A stretch of DNA of 64,000 nucleotides from the NCBI GenBank assembly GCA_963667725.2, contig CAXXHO010000005.1, positions 352,001 to 416,000 on the forward strand, given 5' to 3'. Within the stretch, counting starts at the first letter, position 1, and each line of letters opens with the position of its first letter. Below the pieces are notes generated by a model, which was not told where the DNA came from, did not search any database, and saw nothing but the letters and a program-made list of their open reading frames with translations. Shown here one piece after another: positions 1 through 11,475 of the stretch. Both the position numbers and the translations under genes were made by a program. Source of the DNA: Treponemataceae bacterium. GTDB taxonomy: Bacteria > Spirochaetota > Spirochaetia > Treponematales > Rectinemataceae.

Positions 1-195
1 CTGATCGGTTACGCTGCGTTCGGATCGGGATGGCGCAGTCTTGTCGTAAGGCGTTCGCTCGAGGATGACGGGAAAAGGCCCCGCCAGGGCCCGGCCGGCT
101 TCGGCCGGCAGGTAGATGTCGGTGGCGAGGCGGACGCCGTCGCGCATCGGGACCATGACGTCGGAATGGAGCGAATATGGCTTCGCGCTTTCCAT
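1..195 (-). CDS. CocE/NonD family hydrolase, 5' part (runs off the window)
   Basis: Manual translation from ATG at 195 gives MESAKPYSLHSDVMVPMRDGVRLATDIYLP...PVILERTPYDK, the CocE/NonD N-terminal signature. Confidence 0.85.
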   Translation of the reverse strand, partial: MESAKPYSLHSDVMVPMRDGVRLATDIYLPAEAGRALAGPFPVILERTPYDKTAPSRSERSVTDQ

Positions 196-212
196 GGAAA
201 TCGCCTCCGCGC

Positions 213-1237
<1,025 letters not shown>

Positions 1238-1241
<4 letters not shown>

Positions 1242-2221
1242 ACCGGCTCCTCCTCGGGATGCGGATGGAAGCAGCGGCAGCGATGTCCCTCGCCCAGGAC
1301 GGTTTCGCCGGGATCCCGAGCGCATTGTCCGTCGGCGCGGGGACAGCGGGCCTGGAAGGCGCAGCCCTCTCCCAGGGAGAGCGGCGAAGGCATCATGCCT
1401 GGTATCTGGTAGAGTTCGCTGCCTTTCTGCGCACGGGACGGCACGGAGCGGATGAGGCCGCGGGTATAGGGATGCCTTGGATGGTCGAGGATCTCGTCCA
1501 CACTTCCGCTTTCGACGATCTTGCCCGCGTACATGACGCAGATTTTGTCGGCGAGCCCCGCGACCACGGAGAGGTCGTGGGTGATCCAGATCAGCGAGGT
1601 GCCCGAATCGACACAGAGCCCGCGCATTTCATGGAGAATCTGCGCCTGTATCGTGACGTCCAGGGCCGTGGTCGGCTCGTCCGCTATGATGAGGGCGGGA
1701 TGGTTCAGGAGGGCTATGGCGATGCAGACGCGCTGGCGCATGCCGCCCGAAAACTGGTGGGGATAGGCCGCGAGCCTTTCCGCCGCCGCGGGAATGCCTA
1801 CTTTCTCGAGCGCTTCGACGCTGCGCCGTCTCGCTTCCGCCTTGTCCACGTTATTGTGGGCCAGCACGGCTTCGACCATCTGCGTCTCAATGCGCAAGAC
1901 GGGGTTGAGCGTCATGAGGGGGTCCTGGAAGATCGCGGCCACGGCCGAGCCGCGGAGCGATCTGCGGCGTTCCTCGGTGCAGGTGCGCAGGTCCTCGCCT
2001 TTGAAGGCGATGCGTCCGTCCACTACTTTTCCGGGACTGTCCACGAGGCCGAGGATCGAGAAGCCGGTCACGCTCTTGCCCGATCCGGATTCGCCCACGA
2101 GGCCCATTATTTCGCCGGGACGTAGCGAGAACGATACATCGTCCACCGCTTTAACGATCCCGGCCTTGGTGAAGAAGTGGGTCTTGAGGCCTTCCACTTC
2201 GAGCGTCATCGTATCGTTCAT
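1238..2221 (-). CDS. dppD: Peptide ABC transporter ATP-binding protein (OppD/DppD-like)
   Basis: [30 protein letters not shown]. Confidence 0.9.
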
Positions 2222-3129
2222 CGTTTCAACCTCGGATTGAGTACGTCGCGCAGGCGGTCGCCCATCATGTTGAGCGCGACGATCACCACGACAAGGGCTA
2301 TGCCGGGGTAGAAGCTTATCCAGTATTTACCGGAGAGGAGGTAGCGGAATCCGTTGGAGATGAGAAGCCCGAGCGAGGGTTCCGTTATGGGGAGGCCTAT
2401 GCCGAGGAAGCTCAGGGTCGCTTCCGTGGAGATGGCCCTGGCCACCATCGTCGTAGCGATGACGATGATCGAGGGCATGACGTTGGGCATGAGGTGGCGG
2501 AATATTATGCGCAGGTCGCCGAGGCGCAGCGCCCGCGCCGCCTCGATGTACTCTCTGTTGCGCTCGGCCATCGCGCTTCCGCGCGCGGCGCGGGCGAAAT
2601 ATGCCCAGTGCACGATCACGAGGGCGAGCGTGATCTTGTCTACGCCCTGTCCGAGCACGACGAGAAGCACGAGGGCGATGAGCAGGGCGGGAAAGCTCAG
2701 CTGGAGGTCGACCACGCGCATCAGCAGGGTTTCGAAGCGGCCGCCTTTATAGGCCGCGATGAGCCCCAGCGACGTGCCGAAGACGAAGGCGATGATCGTA
2801 CTGATGACGCCTACCGACAGGCTTATCCGCAAGCCATAGAGAATGGCCGAGAGCATGTCCCTGCCCTGCTCATCCGTGCCGAGCAGATAGGTGGAACCCG
2901 AAAAGCTTTTGGAAAGCGGCGGCAGGGTGCCGTCCAGGAGATCGAGCGTCGCGAGGTTGTAAGGGTTCTGGGGAGAGATGACGCTCGCGAAGATGGCCGC
3001 GAGAACGAATACAAGCACGACGAAGAAAGCGATCACGGCCGAGCTGCTCTCGCAGTATTCGGCTATCGCCTTCCCCAAGGGGCGATCCTTGAAAGGTACC
3101 GACGAAGAAGTCTTGTCAGTCTTTTTCAT
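2218..3129 (-). CDS. dppC: Peptide ABC transporter permease (DppC-like)
   Basis: LLGTDEQGRD, EYIEAARALR EAA loop, TM helices. Confidence 0.9.
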   Translation of the reverse strand: MKKTDKTSSSVPFKDRPLGKAIAEYCESSSAVIAFFVVLVFVLAAIFASVISPQNPYNLATLDLLDGTLPPLSKSFSGSTYLLGTDEQGRDMLSAILYGLRISLSVGVISTIIAFVFGTSLGLIAAYKGGRFETLLMRVVDLQLSFPALLIALVLLVVLGQGVDKITLALVIVHWAYFARAARGSAMAERNREYIEAARALRLGDLRIIFRHLMPNVMPSIIVIATTMVARAISTEATLSFLGIGLPITEPSLGLLISNGFRYLLSGKYWISFYPGIALVVVIVALNMMGDRLRDVLNPRLKR

Positions 3130-4100
3130 CGGCGTTCCTCCAGGCGGACTCTGGGATCGAGCGCCGAATAGATGATGTCGACGATAAGGTTGATGATGAT
3201 GAACATCACCACGATCATCATGAGGTAGGCCACGATTACCGGCCTATCGAGGACGGAAATGCTGTCTATAATCAACTTGCCCATTCCCGGCCAGGCGAAA
3301 ATAGTCTCGGTGACTGTCGCGAAGGCTATGGTCCTTCCGAATTCGAGTCCCAGCACCGTTGTTATGGGAATGAGGGTATTCTTGAGCACGTGGACGAAGA
3401 TGATCCTGGCCGGTTTCAGTCCCTTTGCCTTGGCGTATTTCACGTAGTCGCTGCGGATGACTTCCTGCGTTCCGGCGCGCGTCAGCCTGATAATGAGGGA
3501 AAGCTTGAAGCAGGCGAGGTTGAATGCGGGCAATATCATGTGCTTGATGCCGTCCCAGGTGAGAAAACTCACTTGGATGCCCAGGAAATTCACCGTCTCT
3601 CCTCGCCCCGACGCGGGAAGCCATCCGAGGAATACGGCGAAAACGAGCACCATCATGAGTCCGAGCCAGAAGGCCGGCACCGAGAAGCCGAATGCCGAAA
3701 ACCCCATGATGAGCTTGCTCGATAGTGCGTTCGGCTTGAAGCCGGAATAGAGCCCGAGGGGTACGCCGACGAAAATCGTGAGAAGAAGAGCCGCGAAGGC
3801 GAGTTCCAGCGTCGCTGGAACCCTTTCCGAAATCAGCTTAAGCGCTGGTTCGTTGAACTTGAAGGATCGGCCCAGGTCTCCATGGAGAGCGTTGACCAGG
3901 AACTTTCCGTATTGAACATAAAGCGGTTTGTCGAGGCCGAACGATTGTATGACCTCGATGCGCTCGGCTTCGGTCGCTTCCGGGGAAATGAGAACGTCGG
4001 CCGGGTTTCCTATGGCATAGACGCCCAGGAAGACCAGCAGCGACATCACTAATACGAGGAGTATGCTCTGCAGGAGTCTCCTGATTATGAAAACGGCCAC
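3126..4100 (-). CDS. dppB: Peptide ABC transporter permease (DppB-like)
   Basis: GLDKPLYVQY, GDLGRSF, ETIFAWPGMG, LDPRV. Confidence 0.9.
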   Translation of the reverse strand: MAVFIIRRLLQSILLVLVMSLLVFLGVYAIGNPADVLISPEATEAERIEVIQSFGLDKPLYVQYGKFLVNALHGDLGRSFKFNEPALKLISERVPATLELAFAALLLTIFVGVPLGLYSGFKPNALSSKLIMGFSAFGFSVPAFWLGLMMVLVFAVFLGWLPASGRGETVNFLGIQVSFLTWDGIKHMILPAFNLACFKLSLIIRLTRAGTQEVIRSDYVKYAKAKGLKPARIIFVHVLKNTLIPITTVLGLEFGRTIAFATVTETIFAWPGMGKLIIDSISVLDRPVIVAYLMMIVVMFIIINLIVDIIYSALDPRVRLEERR

Positions 4101-4171
4101 GGTATAATGTTCCTTTCCGCATCGGGCGGCGCGAAGCCCCTTGGCTCCCCGCCGCCGCGCGGATCATGAAG

Positions 4172-5770
4172 TTATTTTATCGGAGCGACATAGTTGGCGA
4201 GCGTGTACTCGTCCATCCTCGGCTCGTAGGTGATTCCCTTTCGAAGCGCCCATGTCGTGGTCTGGTAATAGAGGGGAAGAATCGCGTGATCCTTTACAAA
4301 AGCGACGCGCGCGGCATCCTGGAGATAGCCTTCGCGTTTGGCGTCGTCGTCGGTAGCGGCAGCCGCCTTGATGAAGCGGTCGAACTCCGGGTTGGAATAT
4401 CGACCGCGATTATTGGCGCCAAGGCCGGCTGCCGTGTCGAAGGTGGCGAGAACGGCCGTCATGCCGCGAGCCGCGTCGCCCGTCGTGTTGCCGAATCCCA
4501 TCAGGAAAATACTATATTCGAGCTTGGTGGCCGCCGTGCCGAAAACGCTGTAGGGCAGCGCCTGAACCTTGATGTCGATGCCAATCCTCGCGAAAAACTG
4601 GCCGATAGTCTGCGCTACCTGTTCGTCATTGAGATAGCGGTCGTTGGGAGAATGGAGGGTAAGCGAGAATCCGTTCGGATAGCCGGCTTCGGCGAGAAGT
4701 TTCTTGGCTTTCTCGACGTCATAGGGATCGGGAAGGATATCGGGAGCATAGCCGATCATGCCTTCCGGCACGAACTGTCCGGCAACCACGGCCGCGCCGT
4801 TCAGCACTCTTTCGACGAGGGCTTCGCGGTTGATGGCGAGGGAGAGAGCCTCGCGTACCTTCGGATCCTTGAGGGGGTTCCTGTCGAGGGGCTTGCCGTC
4901 CTTGCCCGCCACGAAGGGGGATTTATCCCTATTAGAATCCATATGGATGTACATCATGGTAGCGGCCGGCTTGGAGAGGAGGCTCACCCGCGCGTCTTTT
5001 CTCAGCCTGTCCTGGTCCACGGGGGAAACTTGGTCGATGATATCGACATCGCCGGCCAGAAGGGCCGCGACGCGCGATGGATCGTTGGTGATCGGGCGGA
5101 AAATGACGCGGTCGTAGGAGGATTTCCTGCCCCAGTACATCGGGTTTTTCTCGAGCACGAGCCTGTCGCCCCTGACCCATTCCGCGAACTTGAAAGGTCC
5201 CGTTCCCACGACGTATTTACCCTTGTTGAAGTCATCGATGCTCGCATCGAGAGGCGTAGTCGAAGGAAGAACATAGACGAATGAAAGATCCAGGGGAAGC
5301 TGGGGCTGGGCCGTCTTGAGAAGGATATGGACAGTGTAGTTGTTCACGGCCACCACATCCTTGATACCCGCTACGTTTCGCTTGTAGCTGGAAGGGGAAT
5401 CGGCCACGCGCGGTATGCGCTTGATGCTGAAGACTATGTCTTCGGCTCCGAAATCCTTGCCGTCATGGAACTTCACGCCCTGGCGCAGCTTCAGTTCCCA
5501 GGTAAGAGGATCTACGGCCTTCCATGATACGGCGAGACTCGGCGAAAGCTGGAGATTCTTGTCGCGTCCGACGATGGTTTCGAAAATCTGCTGGGATGCC
5601 TGCTGCGTCGCTCCCGTGGTGGAATACTGCGGATCCAGGGATGCGGGTTCGGTGGCAATGCCTATCTTCAAGACAGATTGCGCCCAGACGTTGCCTGTCA
5701 CGCATGCGAACATGACAAAAACAGCCAACGAAGCGATCATGCGCCGTTTCGATGCGATCTTTCCTTTCAT
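4172..5770 (-). CDS. dppA: Peptide/nickel ABC substrate-binding protein (family 5)
   Basis: Signal peptide, LRQGVKFHDG, GTGPFKF, RBS AGGAGG. Confidence 0.88.
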   Translation of the reverse strand: MKGKIASKRRMIASLAVFVMFACVTGNVWAQSVLKIGIATEPASLDPQYSTTGATQQASQQIFETIVGRDKNLQLSPSLAVSWKAVDPLTWELKLRQGVKFHDGKDFGAEDIVFSIKRIPRVADSPSSYKRNVAGIKDVVAVNNYTVHILLKTAQPQLPLDLSFVYVLPSTTPLDASIDDFNKGKYVVGTGPFKFAEWVRGDRLVLEKNPMYWGRKSSYDRVIFRPITNDPSRVAALLAGDVDIIDQVSPVDQDRLRKDARVSLLSKPAATMMYIHMDSNRDKSPFVAGKDGKPLDRNPLKDPKVREALSLAINREALVERVLNGAAVVAGQFVPEGMIGYAPDILPDPYDVEKAKKLLAEAGYPNGFSLTLHSPNDRYLNDEQVAQTIGQFFARIGIDIKVQALPYSVFGTAATKLEYSIFLMGFGNTTGDAARGMTAVLATFDTAAGLGANNRGRYSNPEFDRFIKAAAATDDDAKREGYLQDAARVAFVKDHAILPLYYQTTTWALRKGITYEPRMDEYTLANYVAPIK

Positions 5771-5885
5771 TGTCGATCCTCCTGAGTCGGCGAATTTCGC
5801 TTCTCGCCGAGATTATGGAAAATTCTAGGGTAGGTCGACCGGCAAGTATGTAGGAGCATGACAGAATATTCTGTAGGACAAAACC

Positions 5886-6542
5886 TTACACCCCGAGATC
5901 CTTTTTGCCATCGAAACCGGCCAGACCGCGGCGATACGCGTAATTAATAAGCTGGGCGTTGTTCTCGAGATTCATCTTCTCCAAAAGCCGGCTGCGATAC
6001 GTGCTCACGGTCTTGACGCTGAGGGATAGAATCTCGGCGATATCGCCCACGCTTTTACCGACAGCGAGAAAAGAGAAAATCTGGTACTCCCTGTCCGATA
6101 GCCGCTTGTGGGGCTCGTCGCTCCCCTTCGCTACGTCCTCAAGCAGAAGCTCGCTGGCCTTCGGGCTAAGATAGCGGTGCCCTGATATGACTGCTTTAAC
6201 GGCCTCGACGAGTTCCCCCGGATCGATGGCCTTATTGGCGCAGCCCGAAGCCCCCAACTTGAACGCCCGCAGCGCGTACTGTTCTTCCGGCAGAATGGTC
6301 AGAATGAGGATATGGGTCGAAGGATCGATGTCCTTGAGATCGCGGATGAGATCGAGGCCATCTCTTCCCGGCATAGAGAAATCCAGAATTACGAGATCGT
6401 AATGCCTGCCCCTGGCGAGGCCGAGGGCGGCAAAGCCGTCCTCGGCCTCATCGAAATGCGTAACGGAAAGGTTCTCCTCCAAAAGCTGACGCAGCCCTTT
6501 GCGTACGAGAAAATGATCGTCGGCAATCAGTATGCTCAACAC
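5886..6542 (-). CDS. NarL/UvrY-family response regulator
   Basis: REC domain (ADDH, LDFSMPG) plus LuxR HTH (LSDREYQ...SVKTVSTYR). Confidence 0.9.
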   Translation of the reverse strand: MLSILIADDHFLVRKGLRQLLEENLSVTHFDEAEDGFAALGLARGRHYDLVILDFSMPGRDGLDLIRDLKDIDPSTHILILTILPEEQYALRAFKLGASGCANKAIDPGELVEAVKAVISGHRYLSPKASELLLEDVAKGSDEPHKRLSDREYQIFSFLAVGKSVGDIAEILSLSVKTVSTYRSRLLEKMNLENNAQLINYAYRRGLAGFDGKKDLGV

Positions 6543-6567
6543 CTTCGTCCACCTCGCTGGTTTTCAG

Positions 6568-9500
6568 CTATCCTTTTCTTCGCTTGTCCCGCCGCTTTTC
6601 CACGGCTCCCGGTTTTTTTGGAAGATGAGCCGCGACGGTGCAGCCTTGGCCCGGCGCCCCGGAGATCGCGAGGGTGCCACCCAGGGAGGCGCAGCCTTCC
6701 CTCATCCCTATTATGCCGAAAGAATCCTGCGCGTCCACCTTGCCCGCCTCGATCCCGATGCCGTCATCCTTCGATTCGAGCGTAAAATCATCGTTTCCTG
6801 ACGTAAAGCGCAGAGAGACATGCTTTGCCTGGGAATGCCTCGCCACATTGCTCAGCATTTCCTGGAGAAGCCGGAAAAAAGCCTTGGCGGCTTCCGGTGA
6901 GAGCTCCTTCCAGCCTTCGCCGATTTCCAGCTTGGTCTTTATGCCGCTCATCCTGCCGAAGCTTCTGACATACCACCGGAGCGCGTCGGGAAAATCCAGC
7001 GTCTCGAGCCCGACAGGACGGAGCCTGGTGGCCACCGCCTTAACCGAGGCCATGGCGTCGAGAATGGCGCTCTGCATGCCTTGCACGACGGGCTTTCGTT
7101 TTTCGGGATCGGCATCGGGATGGGCGGAGAGCCAGTATGCATGAAGATTGAGTACCATCAAATGCTGACCGATCTCGTCGTGCACGTCGCGGGCGACGAT
7201 GGTGCGCTCCTCTTCCCTCGCTTCCTCTATATGCCGGGCGAATTTCACGAGGAGCGCGTTCCGGCGCCGCAGGCTTCCCAGCCGAACCGCTATGGCCCCC
7301 GCCAGAGTGGCCGCGGCGCCACCGATTACGATCATGCGGAACCACCAGGTGCCCCACCAGGGAGACCGCACCAATATAGAGAGCGATGCCCCGTAATCGT
7401 TCCAGATACCGTTGCCGCTGGCCGCCTTTACTCTCAGCATATAGCGCCCGGGTGCGAGCGGGGCGATATACCCAGTATTCACATTCCCCATGGAAGTCCA
7501 TGCGGTCTGTCGGCCCTCAAGGCGCATGGCGTAACGGCTGCGGCCAGGAGCAGCGAAATCGATGGCCGCGATGGAATACCTGAGACCCATGTTGTCGTAG
7601 TCCAGGGTTATCTCGGATCCGCCCGGTGAATGAATGACTTGAGTCTTTTCGCCCAACAGTTCGATATCGGAAATGACGACGTCGGGAGCGGGAGCGTAAC
7701 GGGCGATTCGCGCCGGATCGAATCGCGTGAACCCCTCGCCGCTTCCAACCCAAACTTCCCCGCTCCCTGAAACGAGAATCGCTCCGGAATTCAGCCCTCC
7801 CCCGCTCAGCCCGTCTTCCGCGCCGAAAAGAAAAACGTCATTCCTTTCAGGATCGAGACTGAATAAACCATCCGGGCTGAGAAGCCAGAGAATTCCCGCC
7901 CTGTCTTCGGCTATGCCGTAGATAGTATCGGCGAACAGACCCATATTCGCGCCGCGCCGAATGACGATGCCTGTCCCTGGATCGAGCGCGGCAATCCCCC
8001 CGCCGCCGCTCCCCACCCATACCGTCCCCCTCGAGTCCTCAAAAATGCTCTCGATTCTCAGGTCGCCGATTCCCCCGCCCTGGCGTTGGTCACGGCCAAT
8101 GGCACGAAAACGGGAACCTCCCGGGTCCAGGACGAAAAGACCGGCGTCGGCCGAGCCCGCCCAGGTTCTTCCTTTGGAATCCCTCATGAGGCAGGTGATG
8201 ATGGAGGCAGGCGGAGGCTCCGGCGCCCCGCCCTGGATAGGATGACGCAAGACTATTCCGCCGACTGGATCAAAGAGTTGGAGCCCTTTTCCATCCGTTC
8301 CCACCCAGAATTTCCCATCATCGGTCTCGAGAATGCTTAGTATGAAAGAAGAAGACAGGCTGTCAAGATCGCCATCTTTATGGAGAAAACGCTTCGATAC
8401 TCCATTGGGCAAAATATGCAGAAGCCCCGCGCCGGCCGAACCCACCCAAAGAGAGCCGTCGCGGGCGGCGAGAAGCGCTTTCACGTTGCCGGATCCAGCT
8501 TCGTCCGGTTGGACGTTCATGCGGTACAATGAACCGGAGAGCGGGTTAAACGAGTATAGCCCTCCGCTTCGCGATGCCATGATCATGGAACCGGAAGGCA
8601 GCTCGGCGATGGCTTGTATCGATCCCAAACCGGAAGCATCGGGAGCGGCTATGAAACGGGAAAAAGCCGTCGACCGAAAATCTCCGGTGAGAAGACCTCC
8701 CCAGGCCAGGCCAGTCCACATGAGTCCCCTGCGATCGCGCATCAGAGCCCTGACTTCCACTTCATTCGCGAAGGGAAAGACCGTGATTCCCATGCTCGAA
8801 GGATCGAGTATGCCCAGGCCGCCCTCGCGAAAACCCGCCCATATCTGTCCCCTGCTATCTTCGCCGAGCGCTATGACGGGAGAAAGCCCTTCATCATCGG
8901 CGTTTCCTTCGGAATCTTCTCTCCTCGCGTGCCTGAAACGTCCATCCTCAAAAAGATCGATCCCCCCATCGGCAAATCCGATCCAGATAAAACCAAGCGA
9001 ATCCTCGATGATGGCGCTGACTTTATCGGAGGCGATGCTGTCTCTCCTAAGCGAATCGTGCGCATAGAAGGCGACTGGGATTCCTTCCCGGTCATACAGA
9101 TAAAGCCCCGCGCCCTCGGTTCCTACCCAGATTCTGTCTCTGGAATCGACAAACAGCGAGGAGATGGCTTCGCCATGTTTTCCGGGACGGACGAATGCCA
9201 GAGCTTCCATTTTCTCGACATCCACAATCCGGACCTCGCCATCAGCGGCTCCCGCGATAATTTGTCCCGATCCATCGATGGCGAGCGCGGAAATTTTAGA
9301 CGCCTTCTCCTCCCCATAGGGACCGACGGAAAGCCGCAGTTTCTCGAATCTACCCGAAAGCGTATCGTAACGAGCAAGTCCTCCGCCGTCGGAACCCACC
9401 CAGAAATCGCCGCGCCTGTCTTCGAGTATTGCGCTGATTGAGGAAGACGTGAGTGAGTTGACGCCGGAATCGGGCTTAAAAACCTTAAAACCATGCCCAT

Positions 9501-9729
9501 CGTATCGATAAAGGCCTCCGGCAGCCCCTATCCAGACGAGTCCCCGCTGGTCCTGCATAATGCAGGATACCGAGCCGCCCGCGAATCCCTGATTCTGCCC
9601 GATGGCGCTCCAGACTATCGTCCTCGGATCGAAAGCGAAAACCCTGTCCAACCCCAAAAACAAAAGACATAGGAATACAAGCGAGGAAAAATGAGGACGG
9701 GCTTCGCTTCGTCTCAGCGCTTTAGCCAT
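6568..9729 (-). CDS. Sensor histidine kinase with periplasmic beta-propeller and Y_Y_Y domains and HisKA_3/HATPase
   Basis: Repeated EDxxGxxWVG propeller units, LAPGRYMLRVKA (Y_Y_Y), TM helix, ARDVHDEIGQ, QEMLSNVARHS, DDGIG. Confidence 0.88.
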   Translation of the reverse strand: MAKALRRSEARPHFSSLVFLCLLFLGLDRVFAFDPRTIVWSAIGQNQGFAGGSVSCIMQDQRGLVWIGAAGGLYRYDGHGFKVFKPDSGVNSLTSSSISAILEDRRGDFWVGSDGGGLARYDTLSGRFEKLRLSVGPYGEEKASKISALAIDGSGQIIAGAADGEVRIVDVEKMEALAFVRPGKHGEAISSLFVDSRDRIWVGTEGAGLYLYDREGIPVAFYAHDSLRRDSIASDKVSAIIEDSLGFIWIGFADGGIDLFEDGRFRHARREDSEGNADDEGLSPVIALGEDSRGQIWAGFREGGLGILDPSSMGITVFPFANEVEVRALMRDRRGLMWTGLAWGGLLTGDFRSTAFSRFIAAPDASGLGSIQAIAELPSGSMIMASRSGGLYSFNPLSGSLYRMNVQPDEAGSGNVKALLAARDGSLWVGSAGAGLLHILPNGVSKRFLHKDGDLDSLSSSFILSILETDDGKFWVGTDGKGLQLFDPVGGIVLRHPIQGGAPEPPPASIITCLMRDSKGRTWAGSADAGLFVLDPGGSRFRAIGRDQRQGGGIGDLRIESIFEDSRGTVWVGSGGGGIAALDPGTGIVIRRGANMGLFADTIYGIAEDRAGILWLLSPDGLFSLDPERNDVFLFGAEDGLSGGGLNSGAILVSGSGEVWVGSGEGFTRFDPARIARYAPAPDVVISDIELLGEKTQVIHSPGGSEITLDYDNMGLRYSIAAIDFAAPGRSRYAMRLEGRQTAWTSMGNVNTGYIAPLAPGRYMLRVKAASGNGIWNDYGASLSILVRSPWWGTWWFRMIVIGGAAATLAGAIAVRLGSLRRRNALLVKFARHIEEAREEERTIVARDVHDEIGQHLMVLNLHAYWLSAHPDADPEKRKPVVQGMQSAILDAMASVKAVATRLRPVGLETLDFPDALRWYVRSFGRMSGIKTKLEIGEGWKELSPEAAKAFFRLLQEMLSNVARHSQAKHVSLRFTSGNDDFTLESKDDGIGIEAGKVDAQDSFGIIGMREGCASLGGTLAISGAPGQGCTVAAHLPKKPGAVEKRRDKRRKG

Positions 9730-10430
9730 TCAGTTTTCGCTCCCCCTTTCCCATCTGTCCCGAAAACGCAGGTACCGATTTTCCGCAGCGACGTTTTTCT
9801 ATTATACCAGTCATGCTCGACAAGCTCTGCAGCGCCATATGTCGAGGCGCCGAAGCTGACCTTATCCCATGAACCAATCGTCTCGAGAAAGCGCCGCGGC
9901 ATGCGGAGTCTCGCGGCAAAGCGCATAAAACAGCAGTGAGCCGAGCGTGAATCATATCGCTCGTCGTTTTTCAGCCCCGCTTCGGCAAGCTCCTGCCGTA
10001 TCCTGGATCTGAGCTCGATCAGGGCGTCTCCGTCGTAGCCGGCGATCAAGCCTGCCTCGCGGCTGCATACCACTCCCTCAAAACGCAGCTCGAAGGGCTT
10101 CATGGCCGCGCAGGCGCGGCTGGCGATGTCGAGAAACGCCATATCGAGATCGGGATTGGACGCGAAACCCGCCCGGGCGCTCACGAAATCGAATATGGTC
10201 GTATGGAGATCGCCCGCTGGGTAATAGTACTGATCGGGCTCGATCAGCGACACCGATTGGATCAGCTCGCGGTAGGCCTCTCCCTCCAAACGGATTGGAA
10301 GAATGAGACTTATGCCCTTGCGGGAATCGCGCGACGGATCGAGGACGAACTCGTCGACGATCGGCTCGTTCGCGTCCAGGAAAGGGCGATTCTTCTCGCC
10401 TATGGCGAGATAGAGTTCATGGGAGCTCAA
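9714..10430 (-). CDS. 2H phosphoesterase / 2'-5' RNA ligase-like protein
   Basis: LHTT and AHCC as 2H-type motifs; family resemblance only. Confidence 0.55.
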   Translation of the reverse strand: MSSHELYLAIGEKNRPFLDANEPIVDEFVLDPSRDSRKGISLILPIRLEGEAYRELIQSVSLIEPDQYYYPAGDLHTTIFDFVSARAGFASNPDLDMAFLDIASRACAAMKPFELRFEGVVCSREAGLIAGYDGDALIELRSRIRQELAEAGLKNDERYDSRSAHCCFMRFAARLRMPRRFLETIGSWDKVSFGASTYGAAELVEHDWYNRKTSLRKIGTCVFGTDGKGGAKTEWLKR

Positions 10431-11329
10431 TCCACCGCCCCTCTGCGAAAGGAGGAGCGCAGCCTCTGCGCCATGAAACTCCCCGCGACAATCAGCGCCA
10501 TGCCGACTATCTGGTTCACCGTTATCTTCTCGCCAAGAAAAAGAAGTCCCAGAAGGACCCCGAACGGCACTTCGCTGTATGAAAGCGCGCTGTACTGGAA
10601 CATAGGCAGCCTTTTCATGCCCACGAAGAATAGGCCAAAACCGATCAGCCCGACGGCGATACCGTAAAATATGCCTATACCCAGGTCGGCGAGGGGCGCG
10701 CCCGGAATCTCGGCGATCAGAAAAGGAAGAAAAACAAGGGCGCCGACGCCGTTCTGAAAATACAGCGTGTCCACTTCACTCATCACCGAAAGCGCCTGCT
10801 TGAAGATAATGTTCGTGCCGGCAAAAACAAAAGCCGATACGATCATGCATAGACTCCCGAGTATGAAGGGGCCGTCCAGCGAAAAATCGCGGTGGAGGTT
10901 CATGACGACCACGCCCCCCGTGGCGAGCAGAAGAACGCCCAGCCTTCGCAGGCTCATCGGTTTTTTCTGTCTGATGCTGTCGATCAGGAGAGCGAACACA
11001 GGCCAGAGATAGAGAAGCGCGACGGCATTCCCCATCGCGGTGAGTTTATAAGCCAAAACGAAGAGATAAAGGCGGCCTGCGTTCAGGGCGCTCGCGAGAA
11101 ACAAGCGGCCGCGCATTCCCGGCTTGCCGAAAAGAAGACCATGCCTGGCGACAAAAGGCAGAACAAAGATAAACGGCACTGTCATGCGGAGCGAACTCAT
11201 CGCGAGGCTAGAAAAAGCTAGCCCCTTGATATACAAACCGCTCGAGGCGCCAAGCGCCGCCGCCGCGAGTACGGCGAAAATGGGCAAGGCCTTTATCCAG
11301 GCTCTGGATCGCACAGGAGTTCCTTTCAT
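10427..11329 (-). CDS. DMT/EamA family transporter
   Basis: About 10 TM helices, LYLWPVF, FLGEKIT. Confidence 0.85.
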   Translation of the reverse strand: MKGTPVRSRAWIKALPIFAVLAAAALGASSGLYIKGLAFSSLAMSSLRMTVPFIFVLPFVARHGLLFGKPGMRGRLFLASALNAGRLYLFVLAYKLTAMGNAVALLYLWPVFALLIDSIRQKKPMSLRRLGVLLLATGGVVVMNLHRDFSLDGPFILGSLCMIVSAFVFAGTNIIFKQALSVMSEVDTLYFQNGVGALVFLPFLIAEIPGAPLADLGIGIFYGIAVGLIGFGLFFVGMKRLPMFQYSALSYSEVPFGVLLGLLFLGEKITVNQIVGMALIVAGSFMAQRLRSSFRRGAVD

Positions 11330-11475
11330 CGATCAGGCATCCTACTCCCTTGGCGCATTTATCGCAAGAATCGGGTGGATGAAAATACCTGGCGATCGTA
11401 TTGTAAGGCGAGGGAATTCAGATGGCGCTTGCTCCGCGCGAAGCGTACCATTAAGATCCAGGGAGGGGCCAAAGC

